A DNA stretch of 52,660 bases from an uncultured Gammaproteobacteria bacterium (lineage in GTDB: Bacteria > Patescibacteriota > Patescibacteriia > Magasanikbacterales > UBA922). This document shows positions 50,785-52,660 of the stretch, piece after piece (the stretch's first letter is position 1; each line of letters starts with the position of its first letter). Under the pieces are notes generated by a model that searched no databases, was not told where the DNA came from, and saw only the letters and a program-made list of their open reading frames with translations. The DNA lies in NCBI GenBank assembly GCA_964473715.1, contig CAYYQC010000001.1, positions 3,953 to 56,612 on the forward strand, given 5' to 3'. A program made the position numbers and the translations under genes.

Positions 50785-52660
50785 GTGAAGAATTTCATGA
50801 ACTGCGTCGTCGTTTTCGTGATCACCCTCTTCACCGTCCTCAGCTGTGCTGAGGACACCTCCACCCCGCCCTTCGGGAAGGCCTGCGTGGCCGACTCCCA
50901 ATGTGGAGCCTGGGCCGGGTACTGGGTCTCCTGTGTGCAAGGGGTGTGCCAATACCCCCTGACATCTGCGGACATTCAGGACATGACCGATGTTCAGGTG
51001 GAGCGGGAGTGCCAGACTGACAACGAATGCCAGGATGGCAACTTCTGCAACGGCAACGAGCTGTGCGACCAAGATGGTTACTGTCAGAACTCCAAGTTCA
51101 TTCAGTGCCCAGAAGTACTCTGTGATACGAAGGCAAACAAATGCCTGCCGTGTACAGATGCTCTCTGCGAAGACGGGTCGCCCTGCACGACGCAGTACTG
51201 TGACTTTGAACTTAAGGATTGTGTCTTCGCCATGGCCGAGAACCACTGTCTTATTGGCTCAGGCTGCTATGAAGCAGGTGAGTCCGATTACCAGGACGTG
51301 TGTAAGGTCTGCGACCCTGCCTCTCCTGAAGAGTGGAGTGAAAGCTCTGCTCCTGAGTGCAAGGTCTTCGAAGATGTGATCGACACTGACACCAGAACTG
51401 ACCTAGAGACCGTAGATTCCGACATCTCCGAAACGCCGGATGAGTTCACTCCTCCGGACACGGAGGAAGTCGAAGAACCCGACGCCGAGGAAACGGCTGA
51501 CTCTGAAGAACCTTTGGATGTGACCGAGCCTCCGCCTGATGAAGGCGAAGATATCGGTGAACCCGAAGACATCCCAGAGCCATCTGAAGACATCATTATC
51601 GAAGACGCCGGGGACAACCCGGATATCGAAGAACCCGACGTCACCGTCGACCTCTGCAAAGAGCTCAACTGCGACGACGACAACGGATGTACCAACGACT
51701 CATGTGACCCACTCTCGGGTTGCAAGTACGCCTTCAACTCCAAACCCTGTAACGCAGACGGAAACGACTGCACCCAAGGAGATTTCTGCTCGCAAGGTAC
51801 CTGCCAAGCAGGTCCAAACCTCTGCGAGTGCGAGAAGGACAGCGATTGTTCTTCTCACGAAGATGGCGACCTTTGCAACGGAACTTTGGTGTGCTCTGCG
51901 CACCACTGCATCCTTGCTCCGGAAACCAAAATCGTGTGTGAAACATCCGTCGCTGATCAATGTCACCAAGTGCTCTGCATTCCGTCGTCTGGCGATTGCG
52001 TTCTTGCGAACAGCTTGAACAACATTGTCTGCAACGACGCCTCGCTTTGCACCACGGACGACACTTGTTTCGCCGGTCTCTGCACTGGCAAGCAGGTGGA
52101 CTGCGACGACAACAACGGATGTACCAACGATTCATGTGACGCCCAGATCGGGTGTCACCACGAACTCAACTCTAACCCATGTACGGACAACGACGTCTGT
52201 ACGATCGGAGACATCTGCTCGCAAGGCGTTTGCCAAGCGGGCGAAACCCAAAAAGTCTGCACAGACGATGATTTGTGTACGGATAACTCCTGCGACGCAG
52301 AAACCGGGTGCAAGAGCACTCCGACGAACTGCGATGACAGCGACCCGTGCACTACTGACGCTTGCGATCCGGCAACGGGCTGCGAGCACACCGGCGTCAC
52401 GTGCGCCGAAACCGACGACAACGTCTGCACCACGGCCACCTGCGACCCCAATTCCGGGGAATGCATCAATCTCCCTCCACCAGAGGAAGAGGTCGTGTTC
52501 TGCGAAGACGACAACACCTGTACTTTCAATGACACCTGTCTCGGCAGTGTCTGCGAAGGTACTCCCATTCTCTGTTCGGATGACTTCGCGTGTACTTCTG
52601 ATTCATGTGACCCTGCCTTGGGTTGCATCTACACGCCGATCGATTCGGCGTGCAACGACA
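50785..52660 (+). CDS. cysteine-rich repeat lipoprotein with an acidic Pro/Glu/Asp linker; 3' end lies beyond the window
   Basis: Not in the ORF track because it is open at the window edge. GTG 50785 lies 7 nt after AAGGAG (50772-50777), an in-frame ATG is at 50797, and the upstream in-frame stop is TAG 50743-50745. Hand translation: (M)KNFMNCVVVFVITLFTVLSCAEDTSTPPFGKACVADSQCG..., a signal peptide plus lipobox-like VLSC. This is followed by C-x-D-x-N-x-C-T-x-D-x-C-D-x-x-x-G-C modules, and the frame stays open for 625 codons. The region is GC-rich (one 60-nt line counts 65%). Confidence 0.82.
   Translation, partial: MKNFMNCVVVFVITLFTVLSCAEDTSTPPFGKACVADSQCGAWAGYWVSCVQGVCQYPLTSADIQDMTDVQVERECQTDNECQDGNFCNGNELCDQDGYCQNSKFIQCPEVLCDTKANKCLPCTDALCEDGSPCTTQYCDFELKDCVFAMAENHCLIGSGCYEAGESDYQDVCKVCDPASPEEWSESSAPECKVFEDVIDTDTRTDLETVDSDISETPDEFTPPDTEEVEEPDAEETADSEEPLDVTEPPPDEGEDIGEPEDIPEPSEDIIIEDAGDNPDIEEPDVTVDLCKELNCDDDNGCTNDSCDPLSGCKYAFNSKPCNADGNDCTQGDFCSQGTCQAGPNLCECEKDSDCSSHEDGDLCNGTLVCSAHHCILAPETKIVCETSVADQCHQVLCIPSSGDCVLANSLNNIVCNDASLCTTDDTCFAGLCTGKQVDCDDNNGCTNDSCDAQIGCHHELNSNPCTDNDVCTIGDICSQGVCQAGETQKVCTDDDLCTDNSCDAETGCKSTPTNCDDSDPCTTDACDPATGCEHTGVTCAETDDNVCTTATCDPNSGECINLPPPEEEVVFCEDDNTCTFNDTCLGSVCEGTPILCSDDFACTSDSCDPALGCIYTPIDSACND
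51670..51813 (+). repeat. internal repeat A of the Cys-repeat gene (48 codons)
   Basis: CDDDNGCTNDSCDPLSGCKYAFNSKPCNADGNDCTQGDFCSQGTCQAG. The nucleotide string tgcgacgacgacaacggatgtaccaacgactcatgtgac recurs 432 nt downstream. Confidence 0.8.
52102..52242 (+). repeat. internal repeat B of the Cys-repeat gene (47 codons)
   Basis: CDDNNGCTNDSCDAQIGCHHELNSNPCTDNDVCTIGDICSQGVCQAG. It is in the same frame as repeat A, offset by 432 nt (144 codons). Confidence 0.8.

Noticed and set aside
50469-50790. The GC jump at about 50.75 kb as a simple chimeric assembly join
   Set aside because: Not adopted as the primary explanation. The AT-rich side supplies a promoter, a structured leader and an AAGGAG Shine-Dalgarno correctly spaced from the GC-rich ORF's start, and two other GC-rich patches are embedded with host DNA on both sides. 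It cannot be excluded without read-level evidence, so it is listed as a refutation test.
50719-52628. Track ORFs on the minus strand and off-frame plus strand (50719-51246, 50990-51379, 51288-51773, 51539-52018, 51734-52135, 52132-52389, 52155-52628)
   Set aside because: All lie inside the single long +1 frame that encodes a coherent Cys-repeat protein with an RBS and signal peptide. Their translations are Ser/Arg-rich low-complexity strings, as expected from antisense and off-frame reading of GC-rich codons.
1-52660. CRISPR arrays, rRNA genes, and integrase, transposase or IS elements
   Set aside because: I looked for regularly spaced direct repeats and for recombinase-like ORFs (DDE, tyrosine or serine recombinase motifs) and found none. 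The only repeats seen are the 12-nt pair at 6721/7476 and the in-gene duplication at 51670/52102.
42041-52660. Diversity-generating retroelement targeting the repeat proteins
   Set aside because: There is no reverse-transcriptase ORF and no template/variable repeat pair with adenine-specific differences. The one nucleotide-level duplication differs at all base types.
1-52660. Alternative genetic code (UGA recoding, as in some CPR lineages)
   Set aside because: TGA functions as the stop in full-length conserved proteins, for example the GT4 genes ending at 9701 and 37469, where it forms ATGA overlaps with the next start. No conserved gene needs read-through of TGA.

Overview
This window is low-GC bacterial DNA (individual 60-nt lines hand-count at about 32-38% GC) under the standard genetic code, since TGA is used as a stop in ATGA gene overlaps. 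All family calls come from reading motifs in the supplied translations or my own hand translations; no searches were run. The gene content (DUF5667-type anti-sigma protein, HTH plus CARDB/DUF11-repeat membrane protein, very compact operons) resembles Patescibacteria/CPR genomes, but that is only an inference.

Layout:
- 1-9.4 kb, housekeeping: a gdh fragment, a DUF167 protein, trxA, infB, ppa, a methyltransferase, rny, hup, two tRNAs and a class B PBP.
- 9.7-41.9 kb, an uninterrupted glycan-assembly super-locus. It holds 8 GT4-like, 2 GT2 and 1 GT-C glycosyltransferases, one priming phosphoglycosyltransferase and a Wzx-like flippase. It also has a Wzy_C/O-antigen-ligase-like protein with TPR repeats, 6 nucleotide-sugar enzymes including gmd plus a DegT aminotransferase, 4 methyltransferases, a kinase, a deacetylase, a FemAB/GNAT-like protein and an S8 protease.
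- 42.0-45.8 kb: a 1255-aa Ser/Thr-rich secreted repeat protein (S-layer-like).
- 46.1-50.5 kb: an ECF sigma/anti-sigma pair and an HTH plus CARDB-repeat membrane protein unit.
- 50.8 kb to the window edge: a GC-rich gene for a cysteine-rich repeat lipoprotein. It is absent from the ORF track because it is open at the window edge.

Main leads:
- The glycan locus plus the adjacent surface protein and Wzy_C-TPR protein look like a candidate protein O-glycosylation system. It includes a split WbdD-like methyltransferase/kinase pair.
- Three compositionally foreign GC-rich inserts (6.75-7.3 kb, 9.49-9.68 kb, from 50.75 kb on) each sit behind AT-rich host-type TTGACA-N17-TAnnnT promoters and structured leaders.

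No CRISPR array, rRNA, integrase or transposase was seen.
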